From the NCBI GenBank assembly GCA_964412965.1, contig CAYPQU010000002.1, positions 26,004 to 90,003 on the forward strand: 64,000 nucleotides of DNA. Reading direction: 5' to 3'. The notes beneath the pieces are model-generated. The model was not told where the DNA came from. It worked only from the letters and a program-made list of their open reading frames with translations, and ran no database searches. Below, in pieces: positions 9,532 through 18,472 of this stretch. Made by a program: the position numbers and the translations under genes. This DNA comes from an uncultured Candidatus Saccharibacteria bacterium (lineage in GTDB: Bacteria > Patescibacteriota > Minisyncoccia > Phycocordibacterales > UBA9973). Position 1 is the stretch's first letter. Each line of letters begins with the position of its first letter.

Positions 9532-9626
9532 GAGACACAACAGAAAATAAAGAGATTTTAATTAATCTTTTTTCTGTGAGAATTTATTTATAAAAACATT
9601 ATTAATTTATTAATTTAAAATAAAAT

Positions 9627-11534
9627 ATGAGTAAAATAATTGGAATAGATTTGGGTACTACTAACAGTGCTGTAGCAATTATTGAAGGAGGTCAGCCAAA
9701 AATTGTTGAGAACATAGAAGGAGCTCGAACAACTCCGTCTGTTGTGGCTGTTGCTAAAAACGGAGACAGGATGGTGGGTCTTTTAGCCAAGAGACAAGCT
9801 GTGACGAATCCTGAGAATACTGTATATGGAATAAAAAGATTCGTAGGTCATTTATATGATGATGCAGAAATTCAGAAGGATGATAAAATGACTCCGTACA
9901 AAATACAAAAAGGAACAAACGGTGGTGTCGAAGTTAAGTTAGGAGAACAATGGCAGAGGCCAGAAGAAATTTCGGCAAAAATATTAGCAAAAATAAAATC
10001 AGATGTTGAATCTAAGTTAGGAGAGAAAATAACAGGTGCTGTTATCACTGTGCCAGCTTACTTCAATGATGCTCAAAGAAAAGCTACTAAAGATGCAGGG
10101 GAGATAGCTGGATTAGAAGTTCACAGAATAATTAACGAACCTACTGCCGCGGCTTTGGCTTATGGATTTAATAAAAAGAAAAATGAACAAATCGTTGTTT
10201 ACGACTTTGGAGGTGGTACTTTCGATGTTTCTGTTCTAGAGGTAGGAGATGATGTTATAGAAGTAAAATCTACAGATGGAAATTCACACTTAGGAGGAGA
10301 AGATATAGACCAAAGAATAATCGAATGGATAGCAAACGAATACAAGAAGGAAACAGGTATAGATGTTACTAGTGACATGTTGGCGCTTCAAAGACTAAAA
10401 GAAGCAGCTGAAAAAGCTAAGCACGAACTTTCTACAACTCTAGAATCAGAAATTAATATTCCGTTTATAACGTCAGATGCTAGTGGACCTAAACACTTGT
10501 TGATGAAAATGACCAGAGCTACATTAGAATCATTGGCACAAGAATTTATTGATCAATCAATTGAAATAACAAAAAGAGCTATCGCAGCTTCTCCGTTTAA
10601 GATTGAGGATATAGATGAGGTGATACTTGTAGGAGGACAAACAAGAATGCCAGCAATAGTAGAGGCTGTTAAAAAATTGTTCGGCAAAGAACCAAACAGA
10701 TCAATCAATCCAGACGAAGTGGTTGCTATGGGTGCTGCTGTCCAAGCTGGTGTATTACAAGGAGATGTGAGAGACGTTCTATTACTAGATGTAATTCCAC
10801 TATCTCTAGGAATTGAAACACTGGGTGGAGTTTCAACGAAACTAGTAGAAAGAAATACTACTATTCCTAGCTCTAAATCTCAAATATTCTCTACCGCAGC
10901 AGATAATCAAACCTCTGTAGAAATTCATATAGTTCAAGGAGAAAGACCAATGGCTACGGATAATAAATCTCTTGGAAGATTTATTCTAGACGGTATTCCT
11001 CCTGCTCCTCGAGGTGTTCCACAGATTGAAGTTTCTTTTGATGTAGATGCTAATGGTATATTAAATGTGAAAGCAAAAGATAAAGCTTCAGGAAAAGAAC
11101 AATCAATAAGGATAGAAGCTAGTTCTGGTTTGTCAGATGAAGATATCAAGAAGATGAAAGATGAAGCTGAAGCTCACGCAGAAGAAGACAAAAAGAAGAA
11201 AGAATTAGCCGATGAGAAAAATTCTGCAGATATGATGATATTTACAGCAGAAAAATCTCTAAAGGAGTACGGTGATAAGGTTGGCCCAGAAATAAAAACA
11301 GCTATTGAAGAAAAGATAGCTAAAGTTAAAACGGCAAAAGAAGGACAAGATGTAGCTGTAATAAAATCGGCCATCGAAGAACTAACTTCGGAAATGTCTA
11401 AAATAGGAGAAGCAATGAATAAAGCTTCCGCAGAAAATACTGAAAACAAAACTGAGGAAAACAAGACAGATGATAATATCAAGGATGCAGAAGTAAAAGA
11501 AGAAGAAAATCAGAATAAAGAAGATAAAAAATAA
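9627..11534 (+). CDS. dnaK: chaperone DnaK (Hsp70)
   Basis: [29 protein letters not shown] and an acidic C-terminus. Confidence 0.95.
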   Translation: MSKIIGIDLGTTNSAVAIIEGGQPKIVENIEGARTTPSVVAVAKNGDRMVGLLAKRQAVTNPENTVYGIKRFVGHLYDDAEIQKDDKMTPYKIQKGTNGGVEVKLGEQWQRPEEISAKILAKIKSDVESKLGEKITGAVITVPAYFNDAQRKATKDAGEIAGLEVHRIINEPTAAALAYGFNKKKNEQIVVYDFGGGTFDVSVLEVGDDVIEVKSTDGNSHLGGEDIDQRIIEWIANEYKKETGIDVTSDMLALQRLKEAAEKAKHELSTTLESEINIPFITSDASGPKHLLMKMTRATLESLAQEFIDQSIEITKRAIAASPFKIEDIDEVILVGGQTRMPAIVEAVKKLFGKEPNRSINPDEVVAMGAAVQAGVLQGDVRDVLLLDVIPLSLGIETLGGVSTKLVERNTTIPSSKSQIFSTAADNQTSVEIHIVQGERPMATDNKSLGRFILDGIPPAPRGVPQIEVSFDVDANGILNVKAKDKASGKEQSIRIEASSGLSDEDIKKMKDEAEAHAEEDKKKKELADEKNSADMMIFTAEKSLKEYGDKVGPEIKTAIEEKIAKVKTAKEGQDVAVIKSAIEELTSEMSKIGEAMNKASAENTENKTEENKTDDNIKDAEVKEEENQNKEDKK

Positions 11535-11536
11535 AA

Positions 11537-12616
11537 ATGGCAAAAGATTATTACGAAACATTAGGAATAGATAAAAAAGCCACAAAAGATGAGATCAAAA
11601 AAGCTTTTCATAAACTAGCCATGAAGCATCATCCTGATAAAAACGGAGGTGATGATAAAAAATTTAAAGAAATAAACGAAGCATACCAAGTTTTGTCAGA
11701 TGAGAAGAGGAGGGCTATGTATGACCAGTTCGGTTCTACTGGCCCTAATATGGGAGGAGGTGCTTATGGTGGGCAAGGTTTTGGAGGGTTTGATTTCTCT
11801 GGATTTCAAAATGCTCAAGGCTTCGACATGGGAGACTTGGGAGATATTTTTGGAGAATTTTTTGGTGGTGGAATGGGTGGTAAAAGATCAAGAAGAAAAG
11901 GTCAAGATATCGAATTAGCATTAGACCTATCTTTTGAAGAATCAATTTTTGGAGTTTCAAAAACTATAACAATAGAAAAACAATCCAGGTGTGATACCTG
12001 TAATGGAACTGGGGCCAAAACAGGAAGCAAGATGAATACCTGTAAAACTTGTGGTGGTAAGGGGCAAATTAAAGAAATCAAGAGATCTATTCTGGGTTCT
12101 TTTACAACAACTAGAGTATGTGAAAAATGTTTTGGAAATGGGCAAATACCAGACGAAAAATGTGGACGCTGTCGGGGAGATGGAGTTGTTAATAGAAAAG
12201 AAGATATCAAAATCGATATTCCTCCAGGAGTAGAAAATGGCCAGATATTAAAAATGTCTCAGGGGGGAGAATATATTCAAAATGGGATTCCTGGAGATTT
12301 GTTTTTGAGATTAAGAATCAAGAAGCATGATTTGTTTAGAAAAGACGGAGATAACCTCATTATGAATTTAAAAATAAAATTGACAGATTCATTGCTCGGT
12401 ACCACTCACAAATTCAAAAGCTTAGATGGAAAAGATTTGGAAATCAAAATACCCGAGGGGATTAAGCACAATGAACTGCTAAGAGTTAGGGGCAAGGGCG
12501 TTCCATCTGTTTTAGGCAGAGGAGACTTGATAGTTCGAGTGGAAATAAATACTCCTACCAAATTATCTAGAAAAGAAAGAGAACTTGTCGAAAAACTAAA
12601 AGAAGAAGGATTGTAA
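11537..12616 (+). CDS. dnaJ: chaperone DnaJ
   Basis: J-domain with HPD (HHPDKN), a Gly/Phe-rich linker and four CxxCxGxG zinc-finger repeats. Confidence 0.9.
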   Translation: MAKDYYETLGIDKKATKDEIKKAFHKLAMKHHPDKNGGDDKKFKEINEAYQVLSDEKRRAMYDQFGSTGPNMGGGAYGGQGFGGFDFSGFQNAQGFDMGDLGDIFGEFFGGGMGGKRSRRKGQDIELALDLSFEESIFGVSKTITIEKQSRCDTCNGTGAKTGSKMNTCKTCGGKGQIKEIKRSILGSFTTTRVCEKCFGNGQIPDEKCGRCRGDGVVNRKEDIKIDIPPGVENGQILKMSQGGEYIQNGIPGDLFLRLRIKKHDLFRKDGDNLIMNLKIKLTDSLLGTTHKFKSLDGKDLEIKIPEGIKHNELLRVRGKGVPSVLGRGDLIVRVEINTPTKLSRKERELVEKLKEEGL

Positions 12617-12622
12617 TAAATA

Positions 12623-12660
12623 AATCACCTTGCAAAATACAAGGTGATTTATTTATTATT
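12623..12660 (+). terminator. intrinsic terminator after dnaJ (10-bp perfect stem aatcaccttg/caaggtgatt)
   Basis: Seen directly; followed by tatttattatt. Confidence 0.7.
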
Positions 12661-12681
12661 AGGAAATGATATAATAAAGAT

Positions 12682-13527
12682 ATGATTTTTAATCTGTTGA
12701 AAAACAAGAAACAAGAAGGGTATACTCTAGTAGAAATTTTAGTGGTTATAGCTATTATAGGTATCTTATCCTCTGTGACCTTTGTCGCATTTAGCAGTGC
12801 TCGAGAGAAATCTAGAATGAGTACTGCTAAAATGTTTGAAGCTAACCATGTTGGAGTGTTGAGAAACTATCTAGTAGCGGAATGGAAATTCGAGGATCCA
12901 GTTAATAGGTATATAGATAGTTCAGGGAATGGGCACAATGGATCTTGCTCTGGATCAAGTTGTCCAACAGTTGCTACCGGAGAAGGTTTTAACGGTAAAG
13001 ATGCTATGATGTTTGACGGAATAAATGATGCTATCAACGCAGATTCCGGTACTCTATATTTTCCTTTAAATGTTTTTACTATGTGTGCTTGGGTTAAATC
13101 TTCAGGTCTAGGGGCTGGAATGGTACGGGCTGGTATTTTTGGAATTACTTACGGATTAACCATGTTTTTAACTGGAACTAGTTTTGTTTCTTACATAGAT
13201 GACGGGGTAAGTATCGTTGGAAGATCATTTTCTGTTAATCTATTAGATAACAAATTTCATCATTTATGCGTCAATTATGATGGAATAAAAAGAAATCTAT
13301 TTGTTGACGGAGACGTAAAAGGTAGTTTTACTACTACTTGGAGTGGTACTAGTAAATGGCCAACTCACACATCAAGAATAGGAGTAGAGCTTAATAACCC
13401 CGCCGTCTCTTATTTTAAAGGATTGATAGACGACATTAGGGTTTATTCTTCATATTTAACTGCTTCAGAAATTCAAAAACTATACGCCGAAGAATTATCA
13501 CAGAGAAAACTAGCTGAGGCTAATTAA
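12682..13527 (+). CDS. type IV pilin-like protein with a C-terminal LamG/concanavalin-A-like lectin domain
   Basis: Class III signal peptide KKQEG|YTLVEILVVIAIIGIL, the prepilin-peptidase/N-methylation motif. The C-terminus LIDDIRVYSSYLTASEIQKLY is the hallmark of LamG jelly-roll domains. A TGATATAAT extended -10 box ends ~10 nt before the ATG, so the mRNA may be leaderless. Confidence 0.6.
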   Translation: MIFNLLKNKKQEGYTLVEILVVIAIIGILSSVTFVAFSSAREKSRMSTAKMFEANHVGVLRNYLVAEWKFEDPVNRYIDSSGNGHNGSCSGSSCPTVATGEGFNGKDAMMFDGINDAINADSGTLYFPLNVFTMCAWVKSSGLGAGMVRAGIFGITYGLTMFLTGTSFVSYIDDGVSIVGRSFSVNLLDNKFHHLCVNYDGIKRNLFVDGDVKGSFTTTWSGTSKWPTHTSRIGVELNNPAVSYFKGLIDDIRVYSSYLTASEIQKLYAEELSQRKLAEAN

Positions 13528-13562
13528 CCTAGATAATATTACAACACTCATTTTTCATTCCA

Positions 13563-13577
13563 CTAGGTCGGACCTAG
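13563..13577. terminator. palindrome ctaggtc-g-gacctag between the convergent pilin-like gene and cysS
   Basis: Seen directly; short loop, so low confidence. Confidence 0.3.
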
Positions 13578-13588
13578 GGGGATTTAAA

Positions 13589-14968
13589 TTATATTTTAGT
13601 TATTTTATAGCCATCACCGGTGTCTTTTATTTCATAACCTAAATCTTTTATTTTATTCCTTAGCTCATCACTTTTTATCCAGTCTTTATTATCTCGAGCT
13701 AGCTTTCTTTCTTCTGCCATTTTGATTATTTCTTCAGGTGTTTCTTCTTGTTCTATTTTGTCTAAACCAAAACCAAAAACTCTATCGAAATCTAAAATAG
13801 TTGCTAGTTTGTCTTCATTGCTTACTCGTTTATCTTTTACTAAATCCCATAGAATAGACAAGGCTTTTGGACTTTCTAAATTATTATCCATAGCTTCAAT
13901 AAATTTATTTTTATATTCTTCGTTTATTTTTCCTTTTATATTACCTAAAGAAACAATAAAATCTCTCAGTCTAATGAGTGCGGTTTGGGTGCTGTGAACT
14001 GCTTCTTTGGTAAAATTAACTCGAGTAGTATAGCTAGAACTATATAACCACATTCTAAAGGCAACAGGATCAATTCCCATTTTTATCAAATCTTCTAAAA
14101 TATAAAAATTACCTAAAGATTTACTCATTTTTTGACCATCAACAAGTAAATGTTCGTTGTGAATAAAGTATTTAGCAAAGTCTCCACCTAGAGAACACTT
14201 AGATTGAGCAATTTCGTTTTCGTGATGGGGAAAGATCAGATCTACACCCCCTGTATGAATATCAAAAGTTTCTCCTAAATTTTTTACGCTCATAGCAGAA
14301 CACTCTATGTGCCACCCAGGACGACCCTTTTCTATTTCACTTGATTTACCCAAAATTTCTTCAGGATTCCAAAAAACATCACCGTCTTCTTCGCTCCATT
14401 TTTTCCAGAGAGCAAAATCTTCGGCATTTTCTTTGTCATACTCATCTTTACTTAGACGATTATCTGCATTCTCTTTTAAGTCAGATATTTTAAAGTTGGA
14501 AAGCTTACCGTAGTCATTAAATTTTCTAATATCAAAATAAATAGAACCGTCCTTTGCTTTATACGCAAAACCTTTTACTAAGAGCTCTTCTATGATTAAA
14601 AGCATTTCCTTAATATAGTCAGTGGCTTTAGTGTATTTTGTGGTAGGTAATATGTTTAATAAATCTCTTTCGCTAAAAAATAGGGAAGTGTAATATTCCG
14701 TGAAATCTTTTAGGGATAGCCCTTTTGATTGAGAGGTTTTTATAGTTTTATCATCTACATCAGTAATGTTCATTATGTGTTTAACCTTAAAACCTTTGTA
14801 TTCTAAATATCTTCTTAGAAGATCAGAGAAAACAAAAGCCCTCCAATTGCCAATGTGAATTTTGTTATATACAGTAGGTCCACAAGAATAGATACCAACC
14901 TCATCGTTTTTTAGTGGTACGAATTCTTCTTTATGTCTTTTAAGTGTATTAAATAAAACTAAGCTCAT
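13589..14968 (-). CDS. cysS: cysteinyl-tRNA synthetase
   Basis: HIGN (CGPTVYNKIHIGN) and KMSKS (KMSKSLGN) class-I motifs, and a CysRS-like zinc-site region. Confidence 0.9.
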   Translation of the reverse strand: MSLVLFNTLKRHKEEFVPLKNDEVGIYSCGPTVYNKIHIGNWRAFVFSDLLRRYLEYKGFKVKHIMNITDVDDKTIKTSQSKGLSLKDFTEYYTSLFFSERDLLNILPTTKYTKATDYIKEMLLIIEELLVKGFAYKAKDGSIYFDIRKFNDYGKLSNFKISDLKENADNRLSKDEYDKENAEDFALWKKWSEEDGDVFWNPEEILGKSSEIEKGRPGWHIECSAMSVKNLGETFDIHTGGVDLIFPHHENEIAQSKCSLGGDFAKYFIHNEHLLVDGQKMSKSLGNFYILEDLIKMGIDPVAFRMWLYSSSYTTRVNFTKEAVHSTQTALIRLRDFIVSLGNIKGKINEEYKNKFIEAMDNNLESPKALSILWDLVKDKRVSNEDKLATILDFDRVFGFGLDKIEQEETPEEIIKMAEERKLARDNKDWIKSDELRNKIKDLGYEIKDTGDGYKITKI

Positions 14969-15597
14969 AATATGATTGTTAAAATTAGTAAAATTAATAA
15001 AATCAAATTTAATATAAATAATATCTTGTATTTTTTTTCTAAACTTAAATTTTTTCTTTTAAGAAAACTATTGTTTATGTCTTTTAATAAAATCTTATCG
15101 TGCATTTCGGTCAACATCTTTCTTACAAGATTAGCAAAAAGTAATTCTTGATTATTGATTTTTGATTCAGATTCTATCACCGTGTCTAATTCTAGTTCGC
15201 TAGAAAATTGTTCTATAGAACTGAGAGGTTGATCATGTATTGTTATGACAAAATTTTGGTTTTTAATAAAGACCATTTTTGACGAACTTTCCGTTGGCTC
15301 TCTTTGTGAAAATTTAATAATACAATAGAGCGTATCATTCTCAATGAAGGTGTTGTGATCTTTAGAAGGACTGTGTATCTCTTGTTTTATATCTTCAGGT
15401 ATCTTGTATTCATCTAAAATATAAACAACCTCTTCTTCTTGAGGCGAGGTTAAATCTATCCAAACGATCCCTTTATTTTTATACTTAGATATCACAAAGT
15501 TATTATAACAACAAGAGAGGAGCTTAAGCAAATGAATACTAATTCGTTTGCTTAGTGTCCGAACGCTGTTGTTATATAGTACTCTATATAACAACAA
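14965..15597 (-). CDS. hypothetical protein with a C-terminal TM helix and weak CorA-N-terminal-like similarity; start uncertain
   Basis: KGIVWIDLTSPQEEE...YKIPEDIKQEI resembles the CorA N-terminus, but no GMN motif is present. The first 31 codons, including the TTG start used by the ORF track, lie inside the 83-bp tandem repeat. A GTG at 15495 is an alternative start. Confidence 0.3.
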   Translation of the reverse strand: MLLYRVLYNNSVRTLSKRISIHLLKLLSCCYNNFVISKYKNKGIVWIDLTSPQEEEVVYILDEYKIPEDIKQEIHSPSKDHNTFIENDTLYCIIKFSQREPTESSSKMVFIKNQNFVITIHDQPLSSIEQFSSELELDTVIESESKINNQELLFANLVRKMLTEMHDKILLKDINNSFLKRKNLSLEKKYKILFILNLILLILLILTIIL

Positions 15598-15737
15598 GAG
15601 AGGAGCTTAAGCAAATGAATACTAATTCGTTTGCTTAGTGTCCGAACGCTGTTGTTATATAGTACTCTATATAACAACAAGAGAGGAGCTTAAGCAAATG
15701 AATACTAATTCGTTCGCTTAGTGTCCGAATGCTGTAT
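15505..15737. repeat. 83-bp tandem direct repeat, about 2.8 copies (units start at 15505, 15588, 15671)
   Basis: The unit ataacaacaagagaggagcttaagcaaatgaatactaattcgtttgcttagtgtccgaacgctgttgttatatagtactctat is repeated near-identically. Each unit carries inverted repeats (ataacaaca/tgttgttat) and, on the plus strand, GAGAGGAGC-N8-ATG plus 7 codons plus TAG. Confidence 0.8.
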
Positions 15738-15830
15738 TTGCCTCCAGTATTGCCTAAAAACTTGCTTTTTCTAGCCTTTTTGTGTATTATAAGTTTTACC
15801 TAGGTTTTAGACCCCTGGGGAGTTAAATTT

Positions 15831-16190
15831 ATGGCGCAATCAACTAAAACAAAAAAAACCGAGATAGAAAGCAAAGAATTTGCTGTTATTTTTACTGGAG
15901 GAAAGCAATATAAAGTTTCGGTGGGTGATATTATAAAAATAGAAAAATTAGAAGGAGAATTTAAGACCGGAGATAAAATAATTTTTGATAAAATTCTATT
16001 GGTGGATAATGGTAAAGATACCACAATCGGCACACCTTACATTGATGGAGCAAAAGTAGAATCACTATTCCAAAAATCAGGAAAAGGTAAAACTGTTAAA
16101 GTTGTAAAGTATAAACAAAAGAGTCGTTATTTAAAGAAAAATGGACACAGACAACCTTTTGTAGAAGTTAAAATTTCATCAATCAAATAA
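15831..16190 (+). CDS. rplU: 50S ribosomal protein L21
   Basis: FAVIFTGGKQYKVSVGD....KL and C-terminal KQKSRYLKKNGHRQPFVEVKI. Confidence 0.9.
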   Translation: MAQSTKTKKTEIESKEFAVIFTGGKQYKVSVGDIIKIEKLEGEFKTGDKIIFDKILLVDNGKDTTIGTPYIDGAKVESLFQKSGKGKTVKVVKYKQKSRYLKKNGHRQPFVEVKISSIK

Positions 16191-16193
16191 TAA

Positions 16194-16226
16194 AGCCCCC
16201 CCTAATAAGCTTGGGGGGTTTTATTA
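16194..16226. terminator. bidirectional intrinsic terminator between rplU (+) and recR (-); 7-8 bp G/C stem
   Basis: aaagccccccctaataagcttggggggttttatt, seen directly. Confidence 0.65.
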
Positions 16227-16841
16227 TTGTCTATTTTTTAGGGCATTCTTGATAGTTTCGCTATCTGAGTATTCCAGCTCAGTTCCCGTTGATAATCCAC
16301 GGCCAAGCGAAACTATTTTTATATTATATTTATTAATCAAGGCAGATAGTTTTTCTCGTAAAAACAAATCAGTATGTTCACCCTGAGGGTTAATCGACAA
16401 AGCCAAGATTATTTCTTTTAGAAATCCTTGTTTTGCCCTTTCTTCTACTATGTTCAACAATTCTTTAACTCTCAAAAAACTTAAAACCTCTTTGTTAATT
16501 ATAGGGGCTAAACCACCCAGTATAAAATAGTAGCCGTTGTAAACTTTACTTCTTTTAATGTTTTCGTAATCAGAATCTTTTTCTATAATCAGAAGACAAC
16601 TTTTGTCTGTTTTGGGATTTTTACAATTTTCACACAAATCTGGTTTTTGTGATTGAAAAAATAAAAAACACGAAGGGCATTGATGAATATTATTTTTTAA
16701 ATTCAAAATATTTTTACCCAACTCAGAGACGTATGAGGAATTTTTGTGTAAAAGAAAATATACAAAACGCTTGGCTTGTCGTTCTCCTATGCCAGGAAAT
16801 TCTTTAAAGTATTGTGATAATTTTTCTATTGAATCTTCCAT
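16224..16841 (-). CDS. recR: recombination protein RecR
   Basis: N-terminal HhH (FKEFPGIGERQAKRF), C4 zinc finger (CPSC...CENC) and a Toprim region. Confidence 0.85.
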   Translation of the reverse strand: MEDSIEKLSQYFKEFPGIGERQAKRFVYFLLHKNSSYVSELGKNILNLKNNIHQCPSCFLFFQSQKPDLCENCKNPKTDKSCLLIIEKDSDYENIKRSKVYNGYYFILGGLAPIINKEVLSFLRVKELLNIVEERAKQGFLKEIILALSINPQGEHTDLFLREKLSALINKYNIKIVSLGRGLSTGTELEYSDSETIKNALKNRQ

Positions 16842-16961
16842 CCCGTTAGAAGCAGGTCTCGGTCGTTGTCATTTACAACAAACCAATATTTGCAAATTAA
16901 TCTAATAATGTTTAAATAATTTTATATCTCTTTATCCCGTGACCGAGGCTTCTAACGGGAT
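16840..16961. repeat. copy A of a ~120-nt structured element family (terminal inverted repeats, two internal hairpins, conserved 24-nt core)
   Basis: About 85% identical to 63071-63189. Terminal IR atcccgttagaagc/gcttctaacgggat; hairpins gttgt-cattt-acaac and atcccgt...acgggat. Abuts the recR start codon. Confidence 0.55.
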
Positions 16962-16974
16962 CCGTTTCAATTGT

Positions 16975-18366
16975 TTAAAAACCCTCTATTTCTGTTTCTT
17001 TTACTTGGTTGCTAATACGATCCACGCTATCAGTCCTATCTATTGAGGTGAAGGTGGAGAATTTTTCATCAAAATATAAATCAACCTTCCCAACTGGTCC
17101 ATTACGGTGTTTTTCTATTAAGATTTCTGCAATATTTGTTTTTTCACTTTCGTCTTTACCTTTATCTTCTCGGTGAATGAACATAACCACATCAGCATCT
17201 TGCTCAATAGAGCCAGAATCTCTCAAGTCTGAAAGTTTTGGCTTTCCTCCTCTCGATTCCACAGCTCGAGAAAGTTGAGATAGAGCAATTACTGGAACGT
17301 CAAATTCTTTAGCTAGAGCTTTTAGAGATCTAGAAATTTCAGTAACCTGATTAACCATATTGTCATAATTTTTAGAAGTAGACATTAATTGCAAATAGTC
17401 TACCACTATCAAATCTATGCCATGTTCAGCTTTTACTCTTCGACAAACAGACCTCATTCTAATAATAGAGTTGCCGGCCATATCATCAACAAATATTTTA
17501 GCCTTAGATAATCTATCTAAGGAGTCTCTAATTTTTGAAAATTCTGATTCGGTAGAAAGATTGCCTGTTCTTAAGTGCCAAGCATTTACTCTAGATTCTG
17601 CCGCAAGCATTCTATCCACCAATTGTTGAGTGCTCATTTCCAAAGAAAAAACAATAACGGAAGCATTATGTTTCAAAGCTGACTGTCTTGCGATATCTAA
17701 AGCTAGTGTGGTCTTACCAACCGAGGGCCTTGCTGCTAAAATTATTAAGTCAGATCTTTGTAAACCAGATAAATATCCATCCAAATCTTTAAACCCAGTT
17801 GGAATACCCCGAATTTCTCCTTTGTTCTCATGAAGCCTCTCTAATCTTTCCCAGGCTTCTGGCAGACTATCTTTCAAAGAACGAAATGTAACACTATTAC
17901 CACCAGTGTTGATGTTCATCATTTTCTTTTCTGCTTGGTCCAAAACCTCATATACATTTTCTGTATCATCATGGAATCCCAATTCAGTGATAAAATCTCC
18001 AGCCTCTATAATTTTTCTGAGAACATATTTTTTTAAAACAATATCTGCGTAATATTTAATATTAGTAGAAGCTGGAACAGAATTCGTTAGTTCACCCAGG
18101 TAACTACTTCCTCCAATGCTGTCTAAAGATTTTTTTTCTTCTAGCTTGTGAGATACTGACAACAAATCTATCGGTTCACCCTTAGCCGAAAGTTCCAACA
18201 TTGTTTTGAAAATCTGAGAATGTTTTGAAGTATAAAAAGAATCTACGGTAATAATATCTGTAACTTCATGAATGGCTCCAGGTCGAAGCATAATTGAACC
18301 CAATATAGCTTTTTCTGCTTCTATGTTTTGTGGTGGAATTCTTATTTGTGATGATTTTTGTATCAT
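16975..18366 (-). CDS. dnaB: replicative DNA helicase DnaB
   Basis: N-terminal IPPQNIEAEKAILGSIM, Walker A ARPSVGKT and RecA-fold motifs. 463 aa, with no intein. Confidence 0.9.
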   Translation of the reverse strand: MIQKSSQIRIPPQNIEAEKAILGSIMLRPGAIHEVTDIITVDSFYTSKHSQIFKTMLELSAKGEPIDLLSVSHKLEEKKSLDSIGGSSYLGELTNSVPASTNIKYYADIVLKKYVLRKIIEAGDFITELGFHDDTENVYEVLDQAEKKMMNINTGGNSVTFRSLKDSLPEAWERLERLHENKGEIRGIPTGFKDLDGYLSGLQRSDLIILAARPSVGKTTLALDIARQSALKHNASVIVFSLEMSTQQLVDRMLAAESRVNAWHLRTGNLSTESEFSKIRDSLDRLSKAKIFVDDMAGNSIIRMRSVCRRVKAEHGIDLIVVDYLQLMSTSKNYDNMVNQVTEISRSLKALAKEFDVPVIALSQLSRAVESRGGKPKLSDLRDSGSIEQDADVVMFIHREDKGKDESEKTNIAEILIEKHRNGPVGKVDLYFDEKFSTFTSIDRTDSVDRISNQVKETEIEGF

Positions 18367-18472
18367 AGAAATTATTGTATCACAACAGCCTTAAACCCAA
18401 AAATCAATATTTCGGATAAAACTGTTATTAATATGTGCAAAACTTATAGATTTTTGATATTATATAGACTGT

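Noticed and set aside
9444-9626. A CIRCE/HrcA operator upstream of dnaK
   Set aside because: No TTAGCACTC-N9-GAGTGCTAA-like inverted repeat is present, and no hrcA is in the window. A different palindrome is reported instead.
15505-15597. First 31 codons (TTG start at 15597) of the CorA-N-like minus-strand ORF
   Set aside because: They are encoded entirely by the tandem repeat units and rely on a TTG start. A downstream GTG (15495) or a degenerate gene is more plausible.
15505-15737. The 83-bp tandem repeat as a CRISPR array
   Set aside because: The units are contiguous with no unique spacers, the repeat is 83 bp, and no cas genes are nearby.
16840-16961. Elements A (16840-16961) and B (63071-63189) as a DGR template/variable repeat pair for the nearby RT
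   Set aside because: The ~15 mismatches between copies are not adenine-specific on either strand (c/a, t/g, g/a, c/t, a/t, a/c...). Several are compensatory within helices. Neither copy lies inside the 3' end of a coding sequence.
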